NCBI GenBank assembly: GCA_039815375.1 | Contig: JBCBZJ010000001.1 | Span: 359,386-423,385 of the forward strand | Direction: 5' to 3' | Length of the DNA stretch: 64,000 bases | DNA from: Verrucomicrobiota bacterium | GTDB taxonomy: Bacteria; Verrucomicrobiota; Verrucomicrobiia; Opitutales; Coraliomargaritaceae | Shown: positions 1 through 10,361 of the stretch, piece by piece | Layout: every line of letters starts with the position of its first letter | Numbering within the stretch: position 1 is the stretch's first letter | The notes under the pieces: generated by a model | Told to the model about the DNA's origin: nothing | What the model saw: only the letters and a program-made list of their open reading frames with translations | Databases searched by the model: none | Made by a program: the position numbers and the translations under genes

Positions 1-1264
1 CCATATCCACCAGTCGAGTGAGTGCACCAGGTGCATCGTTGGTGTGCAGAGTGCTGAGCACCAAGTGGCCGGTCAGTGAAGCACGGATCGCTATATCGGC
101 AGTTTCGCGGTCACGAATCTCACCAACCATGATCACGTCGGGGTCTTGACGCAGGACAGCACGGAGTGATTGAGCGAAGGTAAGGCCGATTTCCGGGTGG
201 ACCTGAGTTTGGTTGACGCCTGGGACTTCGTATTCGACTGGATCCTCGACGGTGATGATTCGACGCTCGGGGCGGTTGATCAATCGTATGAAAGCTGTGA
301 GCGAAGTGGACTTCCCCGAGCCAGTTGGTCCGGTCACCAGAATGATGCCATGTGGCGTCGAGAGAGCATGCTCAAGCTTGCGCTCCTCGTCGGTGGCTAA
401 TCCGAGCTCACGCATCGAAAGCGGCTTGGACTTTTGGTTGAGAAGGCGCAGCGAGACGCTCTCGCCATACATTGTCGGGAAAGTGGAAATACGAATATCC
501 AGTTCCGAGTTACCTGAGCCGAATGCGATACGGCCATCCTGTGGGCGGCGTTTCTCTGAAATATTCAGCTTTGCCATGATCTTCAGGCGCGATATGATCG
601 CTCCCTGAAAGCGGATGAGATTGTCCGGCACCCGAACAGGCACCAGTTCGCCGTCGATACGGTAGCGAATCTGTAGCTCGTCGCGGTGGGGCTCAAAGTG
701 GATATCGGTGGCGCGGTCACTGACAGCTTTGGAGACGACTTCGTTGACGAATCGAATCACCGCGGCATCTTCGTCTTCATCATCTTCAGCTTCAGCGACG
801 TCGGTAATGAGATCGGATTCATCCAGGCTGTCCGCACCCACGCCGAAATGCTCTGTAATCGTGTCGACGACCTGTTCCGGATTGCCTAGATGCCATTCCG
901 GGTGTCGACCGCTGACTGCATAGATCCAGCGGTTCATTTTCTCGTCGGGTGGCCAGAGTGTGACGAGTGGAATTGGTCCGGCCGTTTGCTCGGAGTCTTC
1001 ATTTTCGTCAACATGCTCACTTTGCACCGGCAGGCATTGATACTCGTGAATCAGGCGTAGCGGAAGTGTAGCAGTCGGGTTTTCGACGAGTTCAAACTTT
1101 TCGACGAGTGGAAGTCCTGTTTCTCCCGCGATTTCCTTAAGAAGTGAGCGTGTCGGCACATTGCGTAAAGTTGCGATCTGCCCGAGGCGTTCTGCACGAG
1201 GAAGTTGTTCGAGCTCACTTTGTTGCTCTTCGTCGAGGTCTTTTAGGATATCAGAAAGGGCCAT
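1..1264 (-). CDS. GspE/PulE/PilB-family secretion or pilus ATPase (3' end outside the window)
   Basis: Manual minus-strand translation from ATG 1264 ([15 protein letters not shown]...). The left end reads [56 protein letters not shown] (Walker B and His box). Absent from the ORF track because it has no stop in the window. Confidence 0.9.
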   Translation of the reverse strand, partial: MALSDILKDLDEEQQSELEQLPRAERLGQIATLRNVPTRSLLKEIAGETGLPLVEKFELVENPTATLPLRLIHEYQCLPVQSEHVDENEDSEQTAGPIPLVTLWPPDEKMNRWIYAVSGRHPEWHLGNPEQVVDTITEHFGVGADSLDESDLITDVAEAEDDEDEDAAVIRFVNEVVSKAVSDRATDIHFEPHRDELQIRYRIDGELVPVRVPDNLIRFQGAIISRLKIMAKLNISEKRRPQDGRIAFGSGNSELDIRISTFPTMYGESVSLRLLNQKSKPLSMRELGLATDEERKLEHALSTPHGIILVTGPTGSGKSTSLTAFIRLINRPERRIITVEDPVEYEVPGVNQTQVHPEIGLTFAQSLRAVLRQDPDVIMVGEIRDRETADIAIRASLTGHLVLSTLHTNDAPGALTRLVDM

Positions 1265-1309
1265 GGATTAGTATTTGAACAGCTAATTGGCAGAAAAGTG
1301 CCATCAAGG

Positions 1310-1693
1310 CTACTCCCAATAATCTTCTCCGTAATCGAAGAAGATTTCCTCGCCGGGCTCAATGTCGCGCAACGCCTCAAAGCGCGCCGTTTTCCAGCGT
1401 GTTGAGACAACCAGAAAGGCGTTCGGCTCGTCACTGTGGTTGATGAAGCGTGTGTAGTTGGAGCCTGCCCCTTCGCCGTCGATAATGCAAGTCCGGCAGA
1501 CCCATAGAACATAAGCATTGAAGGGTCGGTCTTCCCGATGGAATTCCTTTTCGCTCATCAGTTTGCCTGTATAATACCCGATTGTATCCTCTTCACTGAT
1601 CGCGGTTCTCGCAAAAAGCCCCTGACCCGCGCCCTTGATCGTGGACTTGCGGACCTTGAAGTCGGCTTCCTTGAGTGTGCGTGACTTAGGCAT
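1310..1693 (-). CDS. SET domain protein (putative lysine methyltransferase)
   Basis: GAGQGLFA, RFINHS and EEIFFDYG SET motifs. Confidence 0.9.
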   Translation of the reverse strand: MPKSRTLKEADFKVRKSTIKGAGQGLFARTAISEEDTIGYYTGKLMSEKEFHREDRPFNAYVLWVCRTCIIDGEGAGSNYTRFINHSDEPNAFLVVSTRWKTARFEALRDIEPGEEIFFDYGEDYWE

Positions 1694-1844
1694 GATAAGA
1701 GTAAACTTTTGGCAGTGAGGTATATTTTTTTCCTAGGGGCAATTGCTTTCCAAGGAATATGGCCAAAAGGCTGTGCTTGTTTCAGTTTTTGTTGGCGGGG
1801 GTTGTGCTTAAATCAAATTAAAAGGCTTAGAGCTTGTCTCTCCG

Positions 1845-3800
1845 GTGGGTGAATACGTAGACCTAGTCGCTGTGTGTAGGTATTTTCTAGCATTTCGGAG
1901 CCTTATATTTGTCTATATCTTTTTTGTTCAGGCGACCCTTGCTGAGAAGATTCCATTAGAGACATTCTTCCAGCCTCGTTCTGTAGCTAAGATGAAAATT
2001 TCGCCGGATGGCGAGTATGTGGCCTTCCTTAGTCCTAAAGAGGATATGATGTGTGTTGTGATCATGGGCCTCGTGAATCAGGAAGTCAATGTGCTGCGCG
2101 GATCGCGTGCAGATGATGTTCACAGCGTCCACTGGGCCAGTAATGAGCGGATCGTCTTCAATCTCTCAAAGCATAATACCTACGCAGCCGGCCTCTATGC
2201 CAATAAGCGCGGAAGTAATCGGACCGAGCTGCTCAACGGAACTGAGGTGGTATCCGTGGTAGATCCCTTGCCCAACGATCCGGATTACATTTTGGCATGG
2301 GTGCAGGTCGCACATTATGGGAAAGAGCGTTTGTTAAAATACAATATCAAAACGGGTAGAATAAAATCCCCTGTTCCTGAAAGTAAATTCAAGGGAAATG
2401 TTTTTCGATGGTATGCCGAGCCGGACGGTTCGTTATTTGGCGTGGCAGTCTATCGAGATAGCGACTTAGACTTTCTTTTCCTCGATGAAGCAGGAGAGAA
2501 CTGGGTGAAGTTGGATGAGCCGGAGGGCTTTACCGGCCATGAGTTTAAGGTGCTTCATGCAGATGCTGAGAAGCGCCAACTTCTGCTCTGTGGGTATGTC
2601 AATGGAGAGAACACGGCCAGTCTAATCCCTTTTGATATGGAGACCCGAAAACTGGGTGAGCCACTTTTCCGGGATGAAAGATATGACATGATGGACGGGC
2701 TGTCACTGGTGCACTGTGATGTAAAGGGTGGTGTCGTAGGCCTTAGGTATGCCACCAGGCACCGTGAAATTGTCTGGTTCGACGAGGAATATAGAAGAAT
2801 TCAGAGCATAATCGACGCATCATTCCGGGACACGATAAATCACATCGTGGATGTTGATCATTCAATGAACCGACTCGTGGTCTATTCATATTCTGACCGG
2901 GAGCCGGGAAAGTATTCCATAGTCGATATCGGGAAGAGCGCTATGCTACTGAGTTTTGATGCTCTGAGAGACTTGCCTTCTGTTTCGATGGCAAAGCAAT
3001 TGTCCCTCAAGTTAAAGGGTCATGATAGCCTCGAATTGGAGGGCTTCGTCACACTTCCTGGTCCAAGTGATGAAGGACCCTATCCTTTTATCGTGCTTCC
3101 GCATGGAGGACCCTGGGCGCGCGATATTTGGGGGTTCGACCCACAAGTTCAATTCCTTGTTAATCGTGGATATGGGGTATTACAGCTCAATTTCCGAGGG
3201 TCGTCGGGCTACACAACGGAGATTTCGATTGATCACGAAGGTGATTTTAGAGGTATGGTTGAGGATGTTGTTTATGCGACGAAACAGTTGGTAAAAAATG
3301 GAGTAGCGGATCCGGAATGTATCGGGATCATGGGTGCGAGTTTTGGCGGATATGTTGCCGCTCTGGCACCTGTTTTAGAACCGGATTTGTTCCGGTGTTC
3401 GATCGCGATGGCAGGTGTATTTGATCTTCCCAAGCAAATCGATAACTGGAAAAAGCGCTATTGGCGGGAAAGGATGGGAACTTATGGATATGACCGCTGG
3501 ATCGATGTGCTCGGCAACCCGAAGTTGAACGAGGTATATCTTGAGTCGATTTCACCACAATATCATGCGGACAAAATAAATATACCGGTAATGCTCATCC
3601 ATGGTCGATCTGACGAAGTAGTTGCTGCTTCTCAATCGAAGCGCTTCGCGAAAGCCTTATCGGTAGCTGGAAACAAACCGGAGACACATTACTTCAACTG
3701 GGAGTCCCACGGCCTTGCCAGCTGGAAAAATCGAATCAAGGCTTACCGGGCAATTGAGGAGTTTTTAGAAGAACACCTTCCGGTTGATATCGAAAATTAG
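1845..3800 (+). CDS. S9 family (prolyl oligopeptidase-like) peptidase; start uncertain
   Basis: PHGGPW, GYGVLQLNFRGS, nucleophile GASFGG, HGRSD..V and ESHG motifs; N-terminal propeller region. Confidence 0.88.
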   Translation: MGEYVDLVAVCRYFLAFRSLIFVYIFFVQATLAEKIPLETFFQPRSVAKMKISPDGEYVAFLSPKEDMMCVVIMGLVNQEVNVLRGSRADDVHSVHWASNERIVFNLSKHNTYAAGLYANKRGSNRTELLNGTEVVSVVDPLPNDPDYILAWVQVAHYGKERLLKYNIKTGRIKSPVPESKFKGNVFRWYAEPDGSLFGVAVYRDSDLDFLFLDEAGENWVKLDEPEGFTGHEFKVLHADAEKRQLLLCGYVNGENTASLIPFDMETRKLGEPLFRDERYDMMDGLSLVHCDVKGGVVGLRYATRHREIVWFDEEYRRIQSIIDASFRDTINHIVDVDHSMNRLVVYSYSDREPGKYSIVDIGKSAMLLSFDALRDLPSVSMAKQLSLKLKGHDSLELEGFVTLPGPSDEGPYPFIVLPHGGPWARDIWGFDPQVQFLVNRGYGVLQLNFRGSSGYTTEISIDHEGDFRGMVEDVVYATKQLVKNGVADPECIGIMGASFGGYVAALAPVLEPDLFRCSIAMAGVFDLPKQIDNWKKRYWRERMGTYGYDRWIDVLGNPKLNEVYLESISPQYHADKINIPVMLIHGRSDEVVAASQSKRFAKALSVAGNKPETHYFNWESHGLASWKNRIKAYRAIEEFLEEHLPVDIEN

Positions 3801-4825
3801 CCGGGTTTTGTATCTGCGCGATCAGCCAACTCCTTCAGCCATCGGCGATGTGGCCCGGAGAGTGTAATACTTTCCAGATCCTTAAGTGAAATCCAGTGAT
3901 GGTCCTGGGGAAGGCTTTCGGGTGCTTCCATATGATAAATCGGCTCTTTGATCCTCCGATGCGTAATCGAGCGAGTTTTGCTTAGGATCGGTTTCATTTT
4001 CTCAAGGGTGGAGGAAAGTCCTGTAGCGTTCGGCAACTCGTATTGGCCTGCGAGTTGTCCGGATTCTTTTGGAATTCGGTAAAGTAAGATTTGTGCGTTT
4101 TGGATGATCCAGGCGCGCGGAATCTCGATATGCTCGGTCGCCTTCCGTTCGATTCGAGGAATGGATTCGACTTGGATGCGACCGTAGCTCTGGCAAAATT
4201 GCTGAACGTGGCAGAGCGTGCAGAGTGGCTTACGCTTGAGGCAGACGGTCGCACCAAGTTCCATCATGGCTTGATTGTGGTCGCCCGGATTCTCCAGATT
4301 TATCAATTCTTCGGCCAGCGGAGTGAAGGCTTTAACGGCGTCTCCGTTGCCGGTGAAGCTTCTTTCGTCACCTGTAAGGCGTGCGAGGGTGCGAACGACA
4401 TTGCCGTCGACCACGGCGACCGGTTCGCCAAACGAGATCGAGGCAATTGCGGCCGAAGTGTAGGGCCCGATACCGGGTAGCGTTTTCCAGTCTTCCCGGG
4501 TCTTTGGTTTGGGGTCCGACTCAACGTAGGCCTTGGCTAGCTTGTGAAGGTTGCGTGCGCGGCTGTAGTAGCCGAGACCTTCCCAGTGCTTGAGAACGTC
4601 CTCTTCAAGCGCGTCTGCCAATGTTTCGAAATCCGGAAATCGCTTCATCCAGCGCTCGAAGTAGGGCAGCATGGTTTTGATCTGGGTCTGCTGCGCCATC
4701 AGCTCAGAGACGACGGTTCGGTAGAGCGACGGCTCGGTGCGCCATGGAAGGGCTCGTTGCGCTGTGGTATACCACGCCGCGAGCGCCTCTTGAAATTGCT
4801 TCGAATTGCTCTGAACTGATTTCAA
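3797..4825 (-). CDS. mutY: A/G-specific adenine glycosylase; probable TTG start near 4825
   Basis: LPWR, VSELMAQQTQ, WEGLGYYSRARNLH, LPGIGPYT, VDGNVVR and the 4Fe-4S motif CLKRKPLCTLCHVQQFC. Confidence 0.92.
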   Translation of the reverse strand: MKSVQSNSKQFQEALAAWYTTAQRALPWRTEPSLYRTVVSELMAQQTQIKTMLPYFERWMKRFPDFETLADALEEDVLKHWEGLGYYSRARNLHKLAKAYVESDPKPKTREDWKTLPGIGPYTSAAIASISFGEPVAVVDGNVVRTLARLTGDERSFTGNGDAVKAFTPLAEELINLENPGDHNQAMMELGATVCLKRKPLCTLCHVQQFCQSYGRIQVESIPRIERKATEHIEIPRAWIIQNAQILLYRIPKESGQLAGQYELPNATGLSSTLEKMKPILSKTRSITHRRIKEPIYHMEAPESLPQDHHWISLKDLESITLSGPHRRWLKELADRADTKPG

Positions 4826-4886
4826 ATGGACAGATGATTGATCATTGAATGCGAGACACGGATGGTTCTTCTTTAGCAAAGTCGCA

Positions 4887-5876
4887 ATGCCGAAGAAGAA
4901 AAAACAGCAGCCCGAAGACGAAGGGCCAAAAAAGAAGACCATGTATACCATCAAGCTCGATGAGGAGCAGATGGACAAATTGGCTGACTATTTGGAAGAG
5001 GGGCACCAGGGCCCTTGGTTTCATTACGATGTGGCCTACTCGCTTTTCGCATTCAAGGGAGAGAAGGTCAACGTGGTCGGCTATCAAAGCGGCAAACTTG
5101 TTGTTTCAGGCAAAAATACAGAGGAGTTCGTGCAGAACATTCTGGAGGCCGAGATCACCGGCGAAGCTAAGCTCGGCTACGATGAGGTGCACAATCCCGA
5201 GTGGTTCGAGCTGCATGCAGGAATGGACGAGAGCGGCAAGGGCGATCTCTTTGGTCCGCTGGTGACAGCCTGCGTGATCGCTGATGGGGATATGGTACGT
5301 CAATGGCTCGAGCTCGGAGTGGCCGACAGTAAGAAGCTAACCGATGGCAGCATTCTAAAGCTCGAGAAGGAGATCCGGAAAACCAAAGGCGTGGTGATCA
5401 AGACAGCCTTTGCGCGTATGCCAAAATACAATGACCTTTATTACAAGTTCGATAAGAACCTGAACAAGCTCCTTGCCTGGTATCACAGCAAGTCGCTCAT
5501 CGGTGCGCTCGAAGAGCGCTCGGCTCCATGGGGTCTACTCGACCAGTTTACGAAGGAGAAGTTGGTCGATGCTTACGTAAAAGACAGGAAGGACTTCAAG
5601 TTGATCAGCCGCACAAAGGCGGAGTCGGATCCGGTTGTTGCTGCGGCTTCGATTGTGGCCCGGTCAGTCTATGTGCGAGAAATGAAGCGGCTTTCAGAGG
5701 AGGTCGGGGAGAAGCTGATTAAGGGAGCTAGCGGAAAGGTCTTGGAACAGGCCAAAAAGATCGTCGAAGAAAAAGGTGCGGATGCACTCAGAGGATTTGC
5801 CAAGATGCACTTCAAGACGGCCTATGAAGCACAGGGGATCGAACCGCCGAAGAAGCCGGCTTGGTATAAATATTAG
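4887..5876 (+). CDS. rnhC: Ribonuclease HIII
   Basis: N-terminal TBP-like region (YQSGKLVVSG), GMDESGKGDLFGP, DSKKL, KAES..VAAASIVAR, KMHFKT. Confidence 0.88.
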   Translation: MPKKKKQQPEDEGPKKKTMYTIKLDEEQMDKLADYLEEGHQGPWFHYDVAYSLFAFKGEKVNVVGYQSGKLVVSGKNTEEFVQNILEAEITGEAKLGYDEVHNPEWFELHAGMDESGKGDLFGPLVTACVIADGDMVRQWLELGVADSKKLTDGSILKLEKEIRKTKGVVIKTAFARMPKYNDLYYKFDKNLNKLLAWYHSKSLIGALEERSAPWGLLDQFTKEKLVDAYVKDRKDFKLISRTKAESDPVVAAASIVARSVYVREMKRLSEEVGEKLIKGASGKVLEQAKKIVEEKGADALRGFAKMHFKTAYEAQGIEPPKKPAWYKY

Positions 5877-6099
5877 GACCGTTTTCGCTCAGCTCAAAGG
5901 ATGATGTTGGCACTGTAGTTCGAATCGATATATTCCAACCTCAAGAGTCTATGAACCGGGTGATTTAAACCGGATGCTGCCATAGGCCGAGAAGTGTGCT
6001 CCGCAACCGAAGAGCGAAGAAGCGTATCATCCTACCTGACTGCAGCTCTGACGGGCAGCGATGTGCGCTTGTCGCCTAAGTTCTGAGCAATGACGTCAC

Positions 6100-6140
6100 T
6101 CGATACCATGTTTTTGAAGTTCGTTTACATCGTTTCGGTT
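6100..6140. repeat. Dispersed 39-bp intergenic repeat, copy 1
   Basis: tcgataccatgtttttgaagttcgtttacatcgtttcgg matches 44220-44258 at 37/39; 6124-6140 matches 61409-61425 exactly in reverse complement. Confidence 0.8.
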
Positions 6141-6235
6141 TAAAAGCTTCGATGCTGGACAATGGCTTATTAGGCTATCTGCTTGAGTTTTAGAGTCAGT
6201 TCTGGTCTCTCTAACAGCAGGATTTTTAACAGCTT

Positions 6236-7315
6236 ATGGCAGATATAGATGTCTTTTTTGATGCGTTGCTCGACTTCAAGGGCTCGGATTTACACCTGTC
6301 CACAGGAAATCCGCCGATCATCCGGATCAATGGTGAACTGGAAGCGCTCGACCATCCGGCTCTCGTAGAGGCCCCTCTGAAGGAAATGCTTTATGAGATT
6401 TGCCCGTCACAGAAGATCGTTGAATTTGAGGAAACCGGCGACACCGATTTTGGCTACGACTTTCAAAATAAAGCGCGGCTTCGGGCTAATTTCTTTCGAC
6501 AAAAGGAGGGCATAGCCTGTGTTTTTCGGCTTATTCCGATGACGATTTTGAGTGCTGAACAGCTCGGCTTACCGGATATCTGCAGGAAATTCGCCAAACT
6601 TAAACAAGGGCTCGTGCTGGTGACAGGGCCCACAGGTTCTGGTAAATCAACGACGCTCGCTGCTATAATCGACCATGCCAATGAGGTTCGCTCGGACCAT
6701 ATCCTTACGGTTGAGGACCCGATAGAATTTGTTCATGTCAGCAAGGAGGCCCTAATCAATCACCGGGAAGTTGGGGTTGATACGCGTTCCTTTGCCTCTG
6801 CACTGCGTGGAGCGCTTCGTGAAGATCCGGATGTGATTCTCGTTGGTGAGATGCGCGACCTTGAAACGATATCGCTTGCACTGGAGGCGGCAGCAACGGG
6901 GCACCTGGTCTTCGGCACCTTGCATACTCCTAGTGCGGCCAAGACAATCGACCGCATCATCGATGTTTTTCCAGCCAATCAGCAAAATCAGATTCGCACT
7001 ACATTGGCTGACTCCCTCGTCGGAGTGATTGCACAAAATTTATTCAAGCGCATCGATAAGCCTGGCCGATGTGCGGCGTTGGAAATACTCGTAGTTGATA
7101 CGCCTATTGCAAATCTCATTCGTGAGGGGAAGACCTACCAAATCCCGTCGATGATCGAGGTGGGTAGGAAGAAGGGAAACCGTCCTCTGGACGATGCCAT
7201 TATGGACCACTTGGAAAACAAGCGGATAAGTCCGGAAGAGGCCTTCGTGAAGTGTATTGATAAGCGGAAGATGTTACCCTTCCTGGATCGCGAGCCCGAG
7301 CCTTGGGAAATGTAG
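6236..7315 (+). CDS. pilT: Type IV pilus retraction ATPase
   Basis: [49 protein letters not shown]. Confidence 0.93.
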   Translation: MADIDVFFDALLDFKGSDLHLSTGNPPIIRINGELEALDHPALVEAPLKEMLYEICPSQKIVEFEETGDTDFGYDFQNKARLRANFFRQKEGIACVFRLIPMTILSAEQLGLPDICRKFAKLKQGLVLVTGPTGSGKSTTLAAIIDHANEVRSDHILTVEDPIEFVHVSKEALINHREVGVDTRSFASALRGALREDPDVILVGEMRDLETISLALEAAATGHLVFGTLHTPSAAKTIDRIIDVFPANQQNQIRTTLADSLVGVIAQNLFKRIDKPGRCAALEILVVDTPIANLIREGKTYQIPSMIEVGRKKGNRPLDDAIMDHLENKRISPEEAFVKCIDKRKMLPFLDREPEPWEM

Positions 7316-7328
7316 GTCTCCGTCTAGC

Positions 7329-8624
7329 TTAGCTTTGGCTTTGTGCGGCTAAAGCTTTGTTGCCTCCAAGCATTGAAAAGAGGGCAAAGGCACCAACCAC
7401 AAAGAAGCAGACCAGCGGGACCAAGTAGGAGATGTTCACGCCAGCAACGTCGACCAGGTATCCTTGAAGGAGAGGGAACAAGGCACCGCCTAGAATTGCC
7501 ATGATCAGGCCGGAGCCGCCAATTTTGGTGTGCTCACCCAGGCCTTCTGTCCCAAGTCCAAAGATGGTCGGGAACATTAAGGACATGCATGCGGAGATAC
7601 CGACAAGTGCGTAGACTCCAGTTTCGCCACCCACGAAGACGACGACAAGAGATAGGAGCGCTGCAATGGAAGCCATGATGAAAAGAAGGGTGCTCGGGCG
7701 AACGAAACTCATTAGGCCGGTGCAGACGAAACGCCCGATTAGGAAGAGGATGATTGCAACGGTATGGTATTTGAGCGCTTCACTGTCAGCTATACCCAAC
7801 TGTTCCGGAATGTAATGAACGGTGAAGGTCCAAACCGAAATCTGGACACCGACGAAGAAGAACTGGGCAATCACGGCGAAGACGTAGTGGCTGTTGGCAA
7901 TCAGGGCTTTCACGGATTCGCCAAAGTGGGTCTGCTGGTCGGGGGTTTCCGCATGGGCCGAGGCGTGCGGCATTTTCATAAAGGCAATGAGTGCCCAGAC
8001 CAGAAGCAGAAAGATACCAACTGAAATATAGGGTGTAACTACGATTTTGAGGGCCTGTCCTTGTGCTTCCGGATTGACCTCGGCCAAAGCAGATAAGTTC
8101 GATAGCTCGTTATCCTCAAGACGCTTGAGGATGAAAATTTGGCAGATTTGAGTGCCGACGATGGAGCCGACCGGGTTGAAGGACTGCGCGAGGTTGAGCC
8201 TTTGGGTCGCGGTCTCTGCCGGTCCGATACTGAAGATATAGGGATTGGCCGCAGTCTCGAGAATAGAGAGGCCCCCCGCCAGCACGAAGAAGGAGATTAG
8301 GAAAAATTGAAAGTTCTGCAGGTAGCCTGCAGGGAAGAAGAGAAAACATCCGATGATATAGATGCCGAGCCCCATCAGCACACCCACTTTATAGCTGAAT
8401 CGACGAACGATGAGGGCACCTGGAATAGCGAGACAGAAGTAGGCACCGTAGAAGGCAAATTGGATGAAGGAGGACTCCAGATTACTCATGTCCGGATAGA
8501 TTCCGGTGAAGGCCTTGACCAAGGGATCGGTCATGTTGTTAGCCAGTCCCCACCAGGCGAAGCAGCTCGCAAGCACGATGAAGGGGAGAAGAATATTACG
8601 GGGGACGATAGCAGGTTTACTCAT
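7329..8624 (-). CDS. fucP: L-fucose:H+ symporter-family MFS permease
   Basis: FAWWG, QFAFYGAYF, ETAANPY, RLNLAQSFN, SLMFPTIF motifs; about 12 hydrophobic segments. Confidence 0.8.
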   Translation of the reverse strand: MSKPAIVPRNILLPFIVLASCFAWWGLANNMTDPLVKAFTGIYPDMSNLESSFIQFAFYGAYFCLAIPGALIVRRFSYKVGVLMGLGIYIIGCFLFFPAGYLQNFQFFLISFFVLAGGLSILETAANPYIFSIGPAETATQRLNLAQSFNPVGSIVGTQICQIFILKRLEDNELSNLSALAEVNPEAQGQALKIVVTPYISVGIFLLLVWALIAFMKMPHASAHAETPDQQTHFGESVKALIANSHYVFAVIAQFFFVGVQISVWTFTVHYIPEQLGIADSEALKYHTVAIILFLIGRFVCTGLMSFVRPSTLLFIMASIAALLSLVVVFVGGETGVYALVGISACMSLMFPTIFGLGTEGLGEHTKIGGSGLIMAILGGALFPLLQGYLVDVAGVNISYLVPLVCFFVVGAFALFSMLGGNKALAAQSQS

Positions 8625-8679
8625 GAGAGCTTAGTTGAATAGTTTGTGTGGTGTTTGTTGGGATATTGTAGCTGCAGAC

Positions 8680-10275
8680 TTAAAGGGATACGCCACGCTT
8701 CCAGGGAATGAAATCGTTTTGTTCCAGCTGCATCGCCTTGGTTTCTTTGCCGCTGGCAACTTCGATAATCATTTCGAGGATCGCGTCGCCGACTTCTTGG
8801 ATAGATGATTCGCCCGTTATGACTGTTCCGGTGTTGATGTCGATAATATCATGCATGGTCTCGTAGAGTCTGGAGTTACTGGATATCTTAATGACAGGTG
8901 CAACAGGATTGCCGGTGGGTGTGCCAAGTCCTGTCGTGAAGAGGATGCAATTGGCGCCGCTACCAGCGAGGCCAGTAGTCGATTCGACATCGTTTCCGGG
9001 TGTGCAAAGTAGGTTGAGACCTGCGTTGCGGGCCGGCTCGGTGTAGTCGAGGATATCACTAACAGGTGCACGCCCTCCTTTCTGAGCTGCGCCGGCCGAC
9101 TTGATCGCATCGGTGATTAGGCCGTCTTTGATGTTTCCGGGAGATGGATTCATATCAAAGCCCGAGCCGACTGCCTTGGCGGCCCATTCGTAGGCCTGCT
9201 GGATGCGGAGGAACTTCTTGGCAAGCTCGGGTGTAGTGCAGCGGTCGATGATGTCCTGCTCGACTCCATTGAGCTCAGGGAACTCACTGAGAATGGTGGT
9301 GCCTCCCAACGCGATGATCAGGTCGGAGGCACGACCGACCGATGGGTTGGCAGAGATGCCAGAAAATCCGTCTGAACCGCCACATTCCAAGCCGACGATG
9401 AGTTTATCAAGTCCGGCAGGCTTGCGTTCAATCCGGTTTACTTCAGGCAACACGTTTAGTGTCTGATCAATGGCAGCTTTGATGGTCTTTTCCTCAGAGA
9501 GCATTTGTTGCTGCTCGACATAGATGATCGGCTTTTCGCTCTGCGGGTAGAGCTCGCTTTGGATCTCTTTGAACCAATCGATTTGTGCATGTTGGCAGCC
9601 GAGGCTAAGCACCGTGGCACCCGCGACATTCGGATGGTGCACATAGCCGGCAAGTAAGCGGAGCAACGTTTCAGCATCCTGGCGGGTGCCTCCGCAGCCG
9701 CCATCGTGGTAAAGAAAACGAATGCCATCGATGTTCTCGAAGACCCGTTCCTGTTTGGGCGGCTCAAAGGCGAGTGTCTTCAACTGCTCAGCTACGTAAG
9801 CCTCGTATTGGTTGTTGCGGTAGTAGCCCAGATGCTTGACGAGCGCTTCCTCGATGCACTTGAGGTTGCGGTTTTCGCAAAAGACTAATGGAATAAACAG
9901 CCAATAGTTGGCAGTGCCAACTCGGCCATCAGCGCGATGATAGCCCATGAAGGTTTTGTCCTGCCATTTGTCGACCTCGGGTGCCTCCCATTGATATAAA
10001 GCGTCTTTCAGAGTCGCCGGCTCGGCGTAGTGACTGGTGTTTTCAATAGTGAGTAGAGTGCCCGCCGGGAGATCTTCGTTAACGGTTCCGACTGGCACAC
10101 CATACATGATGACCTCCTCGCTTTTGGGTAGCGATGCCTCGAGGAATTTATGCTTTTGAGGGACCGTTTTGGGTAGATACAATTCACCATCGCTGGTCTG
10201 AATATGTCCTCTGGCTAAATCACCTAGGGCGACCAGCACATTATCACTAGGATGAATCTTCAGAGTCGGGCTCAT
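8680..10275 (-). CDS. uxaA: Altronate dehydratase (UxaA/GarD family, SAF domain)
   Basis: IHPSDNVLVAL, GYHRADGRVGT, GLECGGSDGFSGISANP, FTTGLGTPTG, C-terminal WKRGVSL. Confidence 0.85.
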   Translation of the reverse strand: MSPTLKIHPSDNVLVALGDLARGHIQTSDGELYLPKTVPQKHKFLEASLPKSEEVIMYGVPVGTVNEDLPAGTLLTIENTSHYAEPATLKDALYQWEAPEVDKWQDKTFMGYHRADGRVGTANYWLFIPLVFCENRNLKCIEEALVKHLGYYRNNQYEAYVAEQLKTLAFEPPKQERVFENIDGIRFLYHDGGCGGTRQDAETLLRLLAGYVHHPNVAGATVLSLGCQHAQIDWFKEIQSELYPQSEKPIIYVEQQQMLSEEKTIKAAIDQTLNVLPEVNRIERKPAGLDKLIVGLECGGSDGFSGISANPSVGRASDLIIALGGTTILSEFPELNGVEQDIIDRCTTPELAKKFLRIQQAYEWAAKAVGSGFDMNPSPGNIKDGLITDAIKSAGAAQKGGRAPVSDILDYTEPARNAGLNLLCTPGNDVESTTGLAGSGANCILFTTGLGTPTGNPVAPVIKISSNSRLYETMHDIIDINTGTVITGESSIQEVGDAILEMIIEVASGKETKAMQLEQNDFIPWKRGVSL

Positions 10276-10361
10276 TGTGGGGTATCTAAAAACAAAGACA
10301 GTGACGCCGCACTGATGCGTCACTGTCGCAAAGGTTAATTCTCTGTTTGTTTGGCTCCGGT

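Noticed and set aside
4826..4978. N-terminal extension of MutY in the ORF track overlapping rnhC
   Set aside because: It is the antisense of the rnhC start; MutY homology begins near 4825.
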